Notes: generated by a model not told the origin, from the sequence alone. 64,000 bases of DNA from Clostridia bacterium (GCA_045546315.1 JAZQCN010000059.1:136510-200509); one strand, 5' to 3'. Shown: positions 44,078 to 53,943, counted from the first letter of the stretch. Translations and numbers: made by a program.

Positions 44078-45745
44078 ATGAATATGTACAGCTTGGACGG
44101 ACAAAGTGTTTTTGGCGGTATTGCCATCGGGCCGGTGCATCTGTTTGAAAAAAAGGAGCAAACCGTTACCTTAACGCGTGTTGAGGATATAAAAGCAGAG
44201 CTTGCACGCTTTGAAGAAGCGCGAAAAGCTGCACAAGCGCAGCTTTTTGAATTGCACGAAACGGCGCAGCAGCGCGTCGGTGAAGAAAATGCGGAAATCT
44301 TTAATATCCACGCCATGATGCTCGACGACGCGGATTATATCAGCTCGATTACCCATATTATACGCACACAAAATGCAAATGCGGAGTATGCTGCCCTTGT
44401 GACCGGAGATAATTTTGCAAAGCTGTTTTCCGGAATGGAGGATGCATATATGCGCGAGCGCGCGGCAGATGTGCGCGATGTTTCCGAGCGGCTGATTCGC
44501 GTTCTGACCGGGGAAAACAGCAGTGACGGGTTAACTGTACCGTCGGTGATTATTGCAAGAGACCTTGCCCCGAGCGAAACCGTACAGCTTGACCGTGAAA
44601 AGGTGCTTGCGTTTGTTACGGCAAAGGGCTCGAAAAACTCACATACTGCCATTTTGGCGCGCACGATGAATATTCCTGCACTCATCGGTGTCGGTGAGCA
44701 GGTGCTTTCGGTTTCAAAGGACAGCACTGTGATTGTCGATGGATTTGAGGGCAAAATTTATATTGACCCGGATGCAAAAACGCTTTCGCGTATGCGCACG
44801 CGAAAGCAGGCAGATGATGAAAAGCGCAAGCTTTTAAAAACGCTGAAGGGCATGGAAAATGAAACGCTTGACGGCAGAAAAATTAAATTGTATGCCAATA
44901 TCGGTAACGCCGGCGATGCGGCACAGGCTTTGCAAAACGATGCCGGCGGCATCGGGCTCTTGCGCAGCGAGTTTTTGTATATCGGCAGAAAAGAAGCGCC
45001 GGATGAGCAAACGCAGTTTAACACCTATCGCACCATTGCGCAAAGTATGGCAGGCAGACCTGTCATTATCCGCACGCTGGACATCGGTGCGGATAAAAAG
45101 GCGGACTATCTTGGATTGGAAACAGAGGAAAATCCGGCGCTCGGCTACCGTGCCGTGCGCATATGCTTAGACCGTCCTGCACTTTTTAAAACGCAGCTTC
45201 GCGCAATTTACCGCGCATCTGCCTTTGGCAGTATTGCGCTGATGGTGCCGATGATTGTTTCGGAAGAAGAGGTGCTGCGCGTGAAAAAAATCATTGCCGA
45301 GGTGCAGGCAGAGCTGACTGCCGACCGCATTGATTACGCGGAAAATGTTGCCTTCGGTATTATGATTGAAACGCCTGCCGCCGCTGTTTTGAGCGACCGA
45401 CTTGCAAAGCATGTGGATTTTTTCAGCATCGGCACAAATGATTTAACGCAGTATATGCTTGCTGCCGACAGGCAAAATGCGATGCTTGAGCCGTTTATCG
45501 ATACGCACCATCCGGCAATTTTACGAATTTTGAAAACGGTTGCCGATCATGCACATAAAAACGGCATATGGGTCGGCATCTGCGGTGAGCTGGCGGCAGA
45601 TTTGGATTTAACGGAGTTTTTCCTTGCCATCGGCATTGACGAGCTTTCTGTATCACCGCCGATGATTCTGCCGCTTAGACAAAAAATCCGTGACACGGAA
45701 ATTCGCGATGCGGAAGGTATTATAAAAAGGCATATTCAGGAATAG
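44078..45745 (+). CDS. ptsI: phosphoenolpyruvate-protein phosphotransferase (PTS enzyme I)
   Basis: GSKNSHTAILART phosphohistidine motif, LLRSEFLY and GTNDLTQY. Confidence 0.95.
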   Translation: MNMYSLDGQSVFGGIAIGPVHLFEKKEQTVTLTRVEDIKAELARFEEARKAAQAQLFELHETAQQRVGEENAEIFNIHAMMLDDADYISSITHIIRTQNANAEYAALVTGDNFAKLFSGMEDAYMRERAADVRDVSERLIRVLTGENSSDGLTVPSVIIARDLAPSETVQLDREKVLAFVTAKGSKNSHTAILARTMNIPALIGVGEQVLSVSKDSTVIVDGFEGKIYIDPDAKTLSRMRTRKQADDEKRKLLKTLKGMENETLDGRKIKLYANIGNAGDAAQALQNDAGGIGLLRSEFLYIGRKEAPDEQTQFNTYRTIAQSMAGRPVIIRTLDIGADKKADYLGLETEENPALGYRAVRICLDRPALFKTQLRAIYRASAFGSIALMVPMIVSEEEVLRVKKIIAEVQAELTADRIDYAENVAFGIMIETPAAAVLSDRLAKHVDFFSIGTNDLTQYMLAADRQNAMLEPFIDTHHPAILRILKTVADHAHKNGIWVGICGELAADLDLTEFFLAIGIDELSVSPPMILPLRQKIRDTEIRDAEGIIKRHIQE

Positions 45746-45815
45746 GAAAGTACAGACGGTACGCCGCATAGATTGCTTTCTGCAAATACAAACTGAAATA
45801 AACCTTGCCGCACAG

Positions 45816-45854
45816 TAAAAAAGACTTGCAGTATTTCTACTGCAAGTCTTTTTA
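45816..45854. terminator. bidirectional terminator (ptsI / surface protein gene)
   Basis: aaaaaagacttgcag-tatttctac-tgcaagtcttttt. Confidence 0.8.
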
Positions 45855-45862
45855 TGTTTAGC

Positions 45863-48800
45863 TTACTTATGGTATTCCATCCAGTCGGTGATGTCAACTA
45901 ACTTTGTCCACTTTTCAAATACATTGTTTCGCATTGTATGCTCGTGGTCGTTGGTTGCTTCCTGTACCGGCAGGTAGTACCATGCGGAAGGAGCTGCGTT
46001 ATCCGGCCAGATAATCATGCCGTCGAGCAGGTCTTCCGGCTTTTCCGGAACACGGTTGAGTACGCGGTTAATCAGCGTCATTGCTTCTGCGCGGGTGATT
46101 AAATCATCCGGTCTGAAGGTGCCGTCCTCGTAACCCTTAATCCAGCCGTGTGCCGCTGCTTCGTGGATTTCAGCTTCCGCCCAGTGACCTTCAACATCCG
46201 TGAAGTTATCAACAACTTCAAATTCGGAATCGTCGAATCTTGCGCAAAGCACTGCAAGCTCTGCTCTGGTGATGTATGCATCCGGCATAAACTCTGTTTC
46301 CGTTCTGCCGCTTGCGATACCGAGGTTAATCATCGTGGATACCGGGAGATTGTGCCAATCGCCCTCGTTTACATCCACATAAGCGTTTGTTGTTACAAGA
46401 TTCTTGTCACGAACATCGTCTTCTAAGAGTCTGAAGAAGATGGTTACTGCTTCAGCTCTTGTAATGTTATCGTTCGGGCGAACCGTGCCGTCCGGATAAC
46501 CTACCACATATGCAAAGTGATCGTGGTCGTTGAGTGCGCCCGGTGTTTCGTGGCTTTCGTCCTTAATCCAGTCTGCGTAAACGGTGATGTTTTTGTTCAT
46601 CGTTACCTGCGTCGCATCCTTTTTGAGTGCTTTGTCGGTATGCCAGCCCTGGAAGATGTAGCCTTCCTTGGTCGGTTGCTTATCGAGTGCAACCACCTTG
46701 CCGCTTGTGTATGTTTCCTTTGCATACTCTGTACCGCCGTTGGATTCATATGTGAGCGTATAGCGCTGGATGCCGCCACCGCCACCACCGCTGCCACCGT
46801 TGTAGGTGTACTGCGCGATGAGCTTGATGTCTGCATTTACTGTGATTTCATCGTCCGGATTGTAAATCGTATTCGTTTCGCCTAACTTCCAGCCGGTGAA
46901 GGTATGGCGGGATTTGGTCGGTGCCGCCTTTACATCAATAACTGTACCTGCAAATACATCATACGGTGCGTAGGAAACTGCTGTTGCACCTGTGCCGCCG
47001 TCGAGGTCATATTCTACCTTGTAGATGTGGCGAACAGCGGTGTAGAAGTCTACCTTGGTTGCCGGCATTGTGAATTCGCCGCCTACCGGAACTACATGCG
47101 GCGATGCCCAATTTGTCGGTACATGTCTGTGCGAAGAATCGCAAGTAATTTCCGGTTTTACCTCTCTCTTTGCGCCGTACGGAACAGCTATATCTGTGTT
47201 ATAGTGGTCCAGCTCCGTTGCCTGGTGATCCGGAAATGCGCCGTAGAAGTGGTAGGTAATCGGGTTTACAACTCTGTCGTAATAAAGCTTGATTACGGTC
47301 GAGCCGTCGCCTGCGATTGTTTTTGAAATTTCATTGTCCGTTCTTGCAACAAAGCCTTCGTAGGTCTTAATTTCCGCGGTTGCGGTATGTCCGGTTGTAC
47401 CGGTGAGGTTTGCGGTATCTACCTTTTCGTAGTCCGTAGCCTTGTTTGTACCTGCAACATCTGTTTCTGCCGCATTGAGCTTCTGATGATAATACTCTAC
47501 TGTGTATGCAGTATTTGTATTTGCAGTAAACTTGCCCCTCAAAGTAACAGCCTTGTTCGGCATTACGAAGGTTGCATCGTCTTCTGCAATTGCCGGGTCT
47601 GTGCTGTACCAACCTGTGAAGGTGTAGCCGTCCTGCAAAAGGTCAGGCTCTACATTTACGGTTGTGCCGTATTTTGCAGTACCTGCTGCCGGCAATGTCG
47701 CTGTGATGCCGTGCGGCTGTACGCCGTCGAACTCGTAAGTTACAGCGTATGTTTCTCTCTTGTAGTAGAAGTTAAATACAGTTGAGCCGTCGCCTGCAAT
47801 CTTTTTAGTCATCTTGTCGTAGTCGCCATCATGTACTAGTGTTTCGCCGTTTACAGTGTCTACGCCCGGAGCGGTTGTTGTTTCATCGAACACATAGCCG
47901 TCAAACTTTCTTGCGTATACCGTTGCATTTTCACCGGTTGTACCCGGGCGGTTTTCTGTATGCGTTGCCGTTGTCGGGTAGCCGCCTGCTTCGAGTTCAA
48001 GATAGTGGTTGATGGTGTACGGTATATCGGAGCTCGGATGGAAGTGACCGACTAAAATTACATCCTCCATCGGCATTGTAAATACATGGTCTGTACCGCT
48101 GGTTGTAATTACAACTGCATTGTCATTTGGTTCCCAACCGTGGAAGCCGTAGCCTTGAGCTGCTGCATAGGTTACAGGGTCATTTGCGCTTGCAACAATC
48201 ACGGTTGCGCCATGTTTAACAGTTGCTTCTGCCGGTAAAAAGGCTTCTACTGCAGTCTGGAACGCATCATTCGGCATTGCGCCGCTGTACTCGTAGGTTA
48301 CCTTATAAACATTTCTCTTGTAGTAAAGCTCTAAGGTTGTATTGCCGTCGCCTGCGAGGATTGCTTCTTTAACAGTATTCGGATGTGTCAGATCCAGCGT
48401 AAAGCCGGCTACCGGAATTTCCGCTGCGGTTACGGTGTGACCGGTTGTACCTGTGTGGCCGGATTCGGTGAATTTCGGATCTGCCAGACCGTTACCGTCA
48501 CCGTAGGTGCCATCCAAGTTTTCGTAGTAGTGCTTTACAGTATAGTGCGTGTCGGAATTTGCTGTCCAGATACCGTAGATAACAACATTTCTGTTCGGCA
48601 TTTCAAAGCCGCCCGGAACGGTTGTAATATCCGCATCCTGAATGTGCCAGCCGTGGAAGGTATAGCCCGGTTCAGTCTGTGCGGCTGTATAGAACAGCAC
48701 TTCCTTGCCGTGGCGGTAAGCCGTTGCATCTGTCGGCTCTGCGCCAACCTTGCCTGCCGGTGCATCGATAAACTGATAGGTTACATTGTATGTGAGTCTG

Positions 48801-51800
48801 TCGTAGTAGAGCTCGAGCACCAGACTGCCGTTCTCTGCAATTATGCCTTCGTATGTGGAAGCAGCGTGGTTATAGGTATAACCCATGCCGATGATGGTGT
48901 TAAGCGGATATGCCGTTACCGACTGCAGCGTTTCACCCTGCAAGGTTTCTTGGCGGCTTGTGTCCTCCGTATAACCGTCATCGTTTGCGTTTTGCAGATA
49001 ATGTTTTACAGTATACTGTGTGTGCTGACTCGGGATAAAGTAGCCCAAAAGCTCTACATCGCGTGCCGGCATTGTGAATTCTGTTACGAGGTTAGCGTCA
49101 ATTGCCGCACCTCTGTACCAGCCGTAGAAGCTGTCGTAGCCTGTCGGCATTGCGCCGTTCGGAACGGTAGTGTCCGCAGTTACGGTTGCACCGTAGCGGA
49201 TGTTTGTCTGCGTAAGTGTTGTCGGGTCTATTGTGCCGGTCGCCGGAACAGTACCTTCATACTTGTAGGTTACGGTGTATTCGTTTCTGTCATAGTAGAA
49301 GCGAATAACCGTATCTCCGTCACCGTCGATGTTTGCGGAAATATGTGCAACCGTGCCGCTGGCATCCAGTGTCTGACCGGTCGGCAGATTGTTTTGCGTT
49401 TCCATTTCACTGAAGGTTACACCTGTAAGCGAACGCGCATAGGCGGTTGCTGTTGTATCGGTTGTACCTGTGTAGGTTTCATCGAGTGCAGTGATATGTG
49501 TATAATCATTATTCTCTACATTCTGTACCCAATGCTCTACCTTATACTGTGTATCGGTTCTTGCTGTAAATTCACCTGCGAGATAAATGTCTCTGTCTAC
49601 GGTGATTGTGTCGCCGGAAACATCTGCATAGGTCAAGTCGGAGCTGTAGTACCAGCCTAAGAAGTCGTAGCCTGCTACACTTAATGCTTCTTCAATTTCA
49701 TAGCTTTTGCCGTGCTTGATGCCCGTTACGGCTGCCGGAGCGGCTGTGCCGCTCGGAATGTCGCCGTCCAGCTCATAAACAACCTTATATTCGTTTCTGT
49801 TGTAGTAAAGCTTTAAGACCGTATTACCGTATTGGTCAACTGTGTCGCTTAATTTTGTGCCCGGAACGGTATCGTCGAATGTAAAGCCGGTGAAGGTCAA
49901 CGGTGTTGCCGTCACGGTTTTACCGGTTTCGCCGAACTTATCCTCGGTTTCTTTAAGCTCGTATACGCCGTCCGTCATGGTTTCGGTATAATGCTCAACC
50001 TTATACGGGGTTTCCGTATCCGGTACAAAGTAGCCGATAAAGGTTACATTGTATGCCGGCATAGAAAATTCTCCGCTTTGAATATCCAAGTTTTCCTGGC
50101 GCGGATTCCAGCCGGAGAAGTTGAAGCCCGGTGCGGTTGCATCAGCTGCAACGGTCACGGTTGTGCCGTACGGTACGCTGACGGTTGCATATGGTGCTAC
50201 CGATAAAACCGTTGCGCCCGCCGGCTCTGTGCCGGAATATACATAAGTTACGGTGTAGCTGTTTGCCGTGAAGCTGCCGTTAATGACAACATCTGCATTC
50301 GGCATTGTAAATGTACCGGTCTGGTCCCAACCGTTAAAGGTATGACCTTCCTTGGTCGGTACATCCGAAATCACGCTGACCATAGAGCCCGGGAAGCGAT
50401 AGAAGGATTTGTATTCTACGCCGTCTACCATATAGGTCACGGTCTTTGCCTGCACGGTCGGCGAATTCTTTGTTGCAACCGCTTTGTTTTCACTGTCAAC
50501 GATTGCGGCATCACCGTCATTTGTCGGGATAACACCGCCGGTGAATGCGTCCTTGTGCAAGTCAATTTCATCATAATCCGGTGTCAAATTGCTGATGGTG
50601 ATAATCAGCTTTTTGCCGTAGGAATCTGCACCGTCCACTTCGCGCGGTACAGCCGAAATATAGTATTTGTCAAAGTCAAAGCCGCGAACGGTTACGGTAT
50701 TGCCGCTGATGTTCACGCTTGCAGAAGCACCTGCTATATCGGTGCTTGCCGGTACAGGTGTCGTCCAACCGCCTGCTGTTTTTTCTGAAATTTGCAGGGT
50801 GATGTTTGCCTTTTGTGCATCCACATCAGCACCCGGGATGGTGAAGAACGGGGAGATTGTATCAATCACGCCTGCGCTTGTACCCATAATGATGTCCGAG
50901 TTTGCTGTCTGGTTGAAAATATCTAAAAAGATTTCTTCCAGGTTTTTATCATCGGACGGAGTCATGTAAAAGCCGTTTGCAACGCTGCCCTCGCCTGCCG
51001 TAATTGTGCCGCCGGCGTAGCTTGCGTTCGGATAGTTATTGGAAATATAATGCATGAATGCATTGGAGGCATTGCCGAGATGGTCGCTGTCTGCATCATT
51101 TGCGCCACCGATGGAGAAAAGCTTTACGCCGGCGTTCTTGAGTGCCAATGCTTCATTGATGGCAGAGCCTGCAACAGATGCGCTGTAGTCGCTCGAGTGC
51201 GTCGGCGCGCCGTCCGTAAATACGACAACGGCTTCGCTTCTGCCGGTTGCATCTTCTCTTGCGCCTAAAACCTTTTCTGCCAGCTGCAAACCGTAGTCAA
51301 CTGCGGTTGCGCCGCCGGAGGTTAAGTTGTTTAAAGCGGTGGTAAGCTCTGCTTCACCTGCTGCGTCTACAATCGTCAGGTCCTTTACAACCTGCGTATA
51401 GTTGTAGTCGTTGCTGTTTTTGTGATCGCCGATTGCGAGACCGCCTGCGATGTCAACATTGTCGGTTGCAATGATGCTGCCGTTTGCACCTTCATAGCAA
51501 TAATCAGCGGTCGCAAATTTCACGATAGAAATGCGGTGCTTTTTCGCCGGGTCGGTGATGAGTGCATTCTTTGCCGCAACATCTGCGATAAATGCGCCTG
51601 CACCTTCCTTTAAAACCTCCATGTGCGACTGGTATTCACCAAGATAGAACTGCTTTTCCTCGTAGGTCTGCGTTCTGCCCGTGATGTCTATACCGGTGCC
51701 GAGCTTTGGATAATAGTTATTTGTGCCGTCTGTATAATACTGGTGACCTATGTCAACGCCCAATAAGCCGGAGTCATCATAGTCTACAAAGGTAACCGGA

Positions 51801-52189
51801 ACATATTCATCTGAAGCGTTTTTGATGAAATACGGACCGTCCGTATTACTAAAGCCGTAGCGCTCTGTAAGCCAACCGGACACATCCGTACCTAAAACAG
51901 AGTTTATGTTCTTGGCCGGGGCGTTTGTTGCATCGCCGTCCATACTGCCGGACATATCCAAAACGAGAACAATATCCGCCGGAACGGAGTCTGTCGTATT
52001 GGTTACGGTGCCCGTGGTATAGGCCTCCATGGTGATGTCCACTGTGCCGTCCGGTTGCAAGGCTGCTACCTTTGTAAAGGAAACAGCGTCGGAGGTAATT
52101 TCCTCTGCTGCCATCGCCGGAAGCACCGGGATGAGTGTCATCAGCATTGTAACCGTTAAAACAAGGGACAATACTTTTTTCAGTTTCAT
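45863..52189 (-). CDS. 2108-aa cell-surface protein: signal peptide, vWA domain, alternating MucBP-like and Listeria-Bacteroides (Flg_new) repeats, three C-terminal SLH domains
   Basis: Signal peptide MKLKKVLSLVLTVTMLMTLIPVLPAMAAE and vWA MIDAS DIVLVLDMSGSMDG. Repeated Y.V.HY...LYY.R..Y.V.Y and GY.F.GW...F.MP modules. SLH-type segments such as FAYVVGYPDGTVRPNDNITRAEAVTIFFRLL. Confidence 0.85.
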   Translation of the reverse strand: MKLKKVLSLVLTVTMLMTLIPVLPAMAAEEITSDAVSFTKVAALQPDGTVDITMEAYTTGTVTNTTDSVPADIVLVLDMSGSMDGDATNAPAKNINSVLGTDVSGWLTERYGFSNTDGPYFIKNASDEYVPVTFVDYDDSGLLGVDIGHQYYTDGTNNYYPKLGTGIDITGRTQTYEEKQFYLGEYQSHMEVLKEGAGAFIADVAAKNALITDPAKKHRISIVKFATADYCYEGANGSIIATDNVDIAGGLAIGDHKNSNDYNYTQVVKDLTIVDAAGEAELTTALNNLTSGGATAVDYGLQLAEKVLGAREDATGRSEAVVVFTDGAPTHSSDYSASVAGSAINEALALKNAGVKLFSIGGANDADSDHLGNASNAFMHYISNNYPNASYAGGTITAGEGSVANGFYMTPSDDKNLEEIFLDIFNQTANSDIIMGTSAGVIDTISPFFTIPGADVDAQKANITLQISEKTAGGWTTPVPASTDIAGASASVNISGNTVTVRGFDFDKYYISAVPREVDGADSYGKKLIITISNLTPDYDEIDLHKDAFTGGVIPTNDGDAAIVDSENKAVATKNSPTVQAKTVTYMVDGVEYKSFYRFPGSMVSVISDVPTKEGHTFNGWDQTGTFTMPNADVVINGSFTANSYTVTYVYSGTEPAGATVLSVAPYATVSVPYGTTVTVAADATAPGFNFSGWNPRQENLDIQSGEFSMPAYNVTFIGYFVPDTETPYKVEHYTETMTDGVYELKETEDKFGETGKTVTATPLTFTGFTFDDTVPGTKLSDTVDQYGNTVLKLYYNRNEYKVVYELDGDIPSGTAAPAAVTGIKHGKSYEIEEALSVAGYDFLGWYYSSDLTYADVSGDTITVDRDIYLAGEFTARTDTQYKVEHWVQNVENNDYTHITALDETYTGTTDTTATAYARSLTGVTFSEMETQNNLPTGQTLDASGTVAHISANIDGDGDTVIRFYYDRNEYTVTYKYEGTVPATGTIDPTTLTQTNIRYGATVTADTTVPNGAMPTGYDSFYGWYRGAAIDANLVTEFTMPARDVELLGYFIPSQHTQYTVKHYLQNANDDGYTEDTSRQETLQGETLQSVTAYPLNTIIGMGYTYNHAASTYEGIIAENGSLVLELYYDRLTYNVTYQFIDAPAGKVGAEPTDATAYRHGKEVLFYTAAQTEPGYTFHGWHIQDADITTVPGGFEMPNRNVVIYGIWTANSDTHYTVKHYYENLDGTYGDGNGLADPKFTESGHTGTTGHTVTAAEIPVAGFTLDLTHPNTVKEAILAGDGNTTLELYYKRNVYKVTYEYSGAMPNDAFQTAVEAFLPAEATVKHGATVIVASANDPVTYAAAQGYGFHGWEPNDNAVVITTSGTDHVFTMPMEDVILVGHFHPSSDIPYTINHYLELEAGGYPTTATHTENRPGTTGENATVYARKFDGYVFDETTTAPGVDTVNGETLVHDGDYDKMTKKIAGDGSTVFNFYYKRETYAVTYEFDGVQPHGITATLPAAGTAKYGTTVNVEPDLLQDGYTFTGWYSTDPAIAEDDATFVMPNKAVTLRGKFTANTNTAYTVEYYHQKLNAAETDVAGTNKATDYEKVDTANLTGTTGHTATAEIKTYEGFVARTDNEISKTIAGDGSTVIKLYYDRVVNPITYHFYGAFPDHQATELDHYNTDIAVPYGAKREVKPEITCDSSHRHVPTNWASPHVVPVGGEFTMPATKVDFYTAVRHIYKVEYDLDGGTGATAVSYAPYDVFAGTVIDVKAAPTKSRHTFTGWKLGETNTIYNPDDEITVNADIKLIAQYTYNGGSGGGGGGIQRYTLTYESNGGTEYAKETYTSGKVVALDKQPTKEGYIFQGWHTDKALKKDATQVTMNKNITVYADWIKDESHETPGALNDHDHFAYVVGYPDGTVRPNDNITRAEAVTIFFRLLEDDVRDKNLVTTNAYVDVNEGDWHNLPVSTMINLGIASGRTETEFMPDAYITRAELAVLCARFDDSEFEVVDNFTDVEGHWAEAEIHEAAAHGWIKGYEDGTFRPDDLITRAEAMTLINRVLNRVPEKPEDLLDGMIIWPDNAAPSAWYYLPVQEATNDHEHTMRNNVFEKWTKLVDITDWMEYHK
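46560..50450 (-). repeat. intragenic tandem protein-module repeats (about 6 MucBP-like plus Flg_new pairs, with extra Flg_new copies)
   Basis: Repeats are visible at the protein level. The modules have diverged at the DNA level. Approximate boundaries. Confidence 0.7.
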
Positions 52190-52509
52190 ACTATATCCTT
52201 CCTTTCAGTGTTGTCTGTATACAGTAAGCATTTTCTTTCTTCGTTTGCACAGATACCGATTAAATCCCCCGGATTATTCGGGGTGAAGAATTGGCAAGAG
52301 CCGCAATCGGTATCGGAAGTCATCGGCTTTGCCTTGCTACATTGGTCCTGCATTGCGGTAACCAGAGGTTTGCCGCTGGGGGTGTATATGGGCGTTTCTT
52401 CGAAATCGGGATATTCGTCGATGTACATACCGCTGTGCACATCATATTCGGAAGCTACCCGAACAAGCGTCCCTTCGAATTCATAGTCGATGTACTTTTT
52501 CAAATGCAT
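52186..52509 (-). CDS. small Cys-containing protein of unknown function, translationally coupled to the surface protein gene
   Basis: ATGA stop/start overlap at 52186-52189. Contains ...DCGSCQFF...GICANEERKC. The start is uncertain (ATG 52509, TTG 52503, or the track's TTG 52542). Confidence 0.5.
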   Translation of the reverse strand: MHLKKYIDYEFEGTLVRVASEYDVHSGMYIDEYPDFEETPIYTPSGKPLVTAMQDQCSKAKPMTSDTDCGSCQFFTPNNPGDLIGICANEERKCLLYTDNTERKDIV

Positions 52510-52585
52510 CACCTTCTTTCTTTTTGTAGTTGCTGTTGACAAGCTTATTATAAAAGAAAGAAAAAAATGCTGAAACCCTCAAATT

Positions 52586-52623
52586 AAAAAAAGAATGGCT
52601 ATATTTTTTATAAACATAGCCAT
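52586..52623 (-). terminator. rho-independent terminator after the LuxR-type regulator gene
   Basis: atggctat-(13 nt)-atagccat, then TCTTTTTTT on the minus strand. Confidence 0.65.
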
Positions 52624-52639
52624 CCTTTTAACAAATCGG

Positions 52640-53812
52640 TTATTCTATATGGTCTTTTAACTGGCTTCGGCTGGTGATACCGAGCTTTTGATAGATAATC
52701 GAGACATATCGCTTTACGGTATGTACGGAGAAATTAAAGAAGCTTGCGATTTCTGCATTGCTCCAGTTGCGGCTTGCAAGCAATGCCATGGAAAATTCCG
52801 ACATTGAAAGGCGGTGGTCGAGTTTCTTTTCCGAGGTCTGGTTGTGCAAATACATCCATACCGGCGCAAAACGCTTTGCTCTTTTTAAAATGCGCTCGTA
52901 CGCTTCCGGGTGCGCTTGCTTCAGCATCACATCCGGCAGACCCGTCAGCATCGGGTAATGCTCGCTGATGCCCGAAAAAAGCTGATCCGGCAGGCAAAGC
53001 GCCCAGGCGTGCTCCATATGCTCCTTTGCTTTTTCTGGATTTTTAAGCGCCATTTCACACATTGCTGCACAGAGGCGCAAATAAATTTCCGGCACCGGGA
53101 AATGCTGCGCCGGAATCGCAAGCACTGTGTGGATAATGCCGAGTGCATTTCTGTAGTTTCCAACCGAATAGGCAAGATACGCCAAAAGATAAAAGCCCCA
53201 AAGCTGCAGCCCGAGCGGCAGATATTTAATATGATAATAGAGCTGTGCCAGGTCGGTCGGGCGGTGCAAAAGCACATCCATATTGGCGGCGATCAGCAGG
53301 CAGTAGGCCTTTCGCTGCGGTGTGACCTCCTTGGCAAGCTCCTTTTTCAAAAGCGCCTCAAAGGCTTCCGCCTGCGGCTTCAAGCTATGCAAATTCGCGC
53401 CGGAGATGCACGCAAAAACAGAAAGCGCCTGCGCTGCAAGGCGGAACAGGTCGTCCTCGCTTTCCATACATATTTTCAACTGCTCCTCCGCGCGATGCGG
53501 ATCGGAGGAAAAATAATAATACTCTGCCAAGGCAAAGGCACGGCTCAGCGCATTTGGCTGATTTTGCGCAGTTTCAAGCGCTTTGCCCGGTGCAAAGGGG
53601 AAGCTTAGCAGCGGATGTGGTACGGCTGCAGAGACATTTTCGGCCTTAGAATGCTTGTCCGGTCTGTCTGTTCCGACAGGAATCAGCCAGTCGCGCCCCT
53701 GCTTGATCGCACCCGGGAGCTTGCCGCTGTTTGCCCAGATTTGTATGGTACGAATATTCATATTTAATCTTTTTGCCATTTGCGCGGCAGTTTCATAGTG
53801 CATAAAGGTCAT
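52640..53812 (-). CDS. dual-HTH regulator: N-terminal MerR/excisionase-like HTH, helical repeat middle region, C-terminal LuxR/FixJ-type HTH
   Basis: N-terminus AAQMAKRLNMNIRTIQIWANSGKLPGAIKQGRDWLIP. C-terminus LSMSEFSMALLASRNWSNAEIASFFNFSVHTVKRYVSIIYQKLGITSRSQL. Confidence 0.75.
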   Translation of the reverse strand: MTFMHYETAAQMAKRLNMNIRTIQIWANSGKLPGAIKQGRDWLIPVGTDRPDKHSKAENVSAAVPHPLLSFPFAPGKALETAQNQPNALSRAFALAEYYYFSSDPHRAEEQLKICMESEDDLFRLAAQALSVFACISGANLHSLKPQAEAFEALLKKELAKEVTPQRKAYCLLIAANMDVLLHRPTDLAQLYYHIKYLPLGLQLWGFYLLAYLAYSVGNYRNALGIIHTVLAIPAQHFPVPEIYLRLCAAMCEMALKNPEKAKEHMEHAWALCLPDQLFSGISEHYPMLTGLPDVMLKQAHPEAYERILKRAKRFAPVWMYLHNQTSEKKLDHRLSMSEFSMALLASRNWSNAEIASFFNFSVHTVKRYVSIIYQKLGITSRSQLKDHIE

Positions 53813-53826
53813 CTCGTGTTATAAAA

Positions 53827-53893
53827 AATTTCGTCAAAACGAATTATTTCGCTGTGACGAAATAATTATATGTCTTTTTTTAAAATTTGTCAA
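53827..53893 (-). promoter_or_regulatory. consensus sigma-A promoter plus two palindromic operator candidates upstream of the dual-HTH regulator
   Basis: On the minus strand, TTGACA (53893-88), a 17-nt spacer, then TATAAT (53870-65). Perfect inverted repeat TTATTTCG-N6-CGAAATAA at 53844-53865. Imperfect inverted repeat AATTTCGT..ACGAATT at 53827-53845. Confidence 0.6.
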
Positions 53894-53909
53894 GATGTGC
53901 ACATATAAT

Positions 53910-53936
53910 AAAAAGGACGGCAAAGCCGTCCTTTTT
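53910..53936. terminator. terminator after the SLH-DHHW gene
   Basis: aaaaaggacggc-aaa-gccgtccttttt. Confidence 0.8.
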
Positions 53937-53943
53937 GTGTTTA

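Noticed and set aside
46772-46799. Gly-tract coding repeat (gccgccaccgccaccaccgctgccaccg) as a possible slipped-strand phase-variation site.
   Set aside because: It is neither a homopolymer nor a perfect short tandem repeat. Mixed codons make slippage-based switching unlikely.
48383-49660. 425-aa Cys-rich plus-strand ORF, with several other 70-150-aa ORFs between 46.1 and 51.6 kb.
   Set aside because: It is antisense to the 2108-aa surface protein gene. The composition is low-complexity (C/V/R/I rich), it has no SD, and it has no recognisable domains. It is a typical shadow ORF of a long biased gene.
52910-53608. 232-aa plus-strand ORF.
   Set aside because: It lies entirely inside, and antisense to, the dual-HTH regulator gene, which has clear HTH domains. 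The antisense frame has no motifs.
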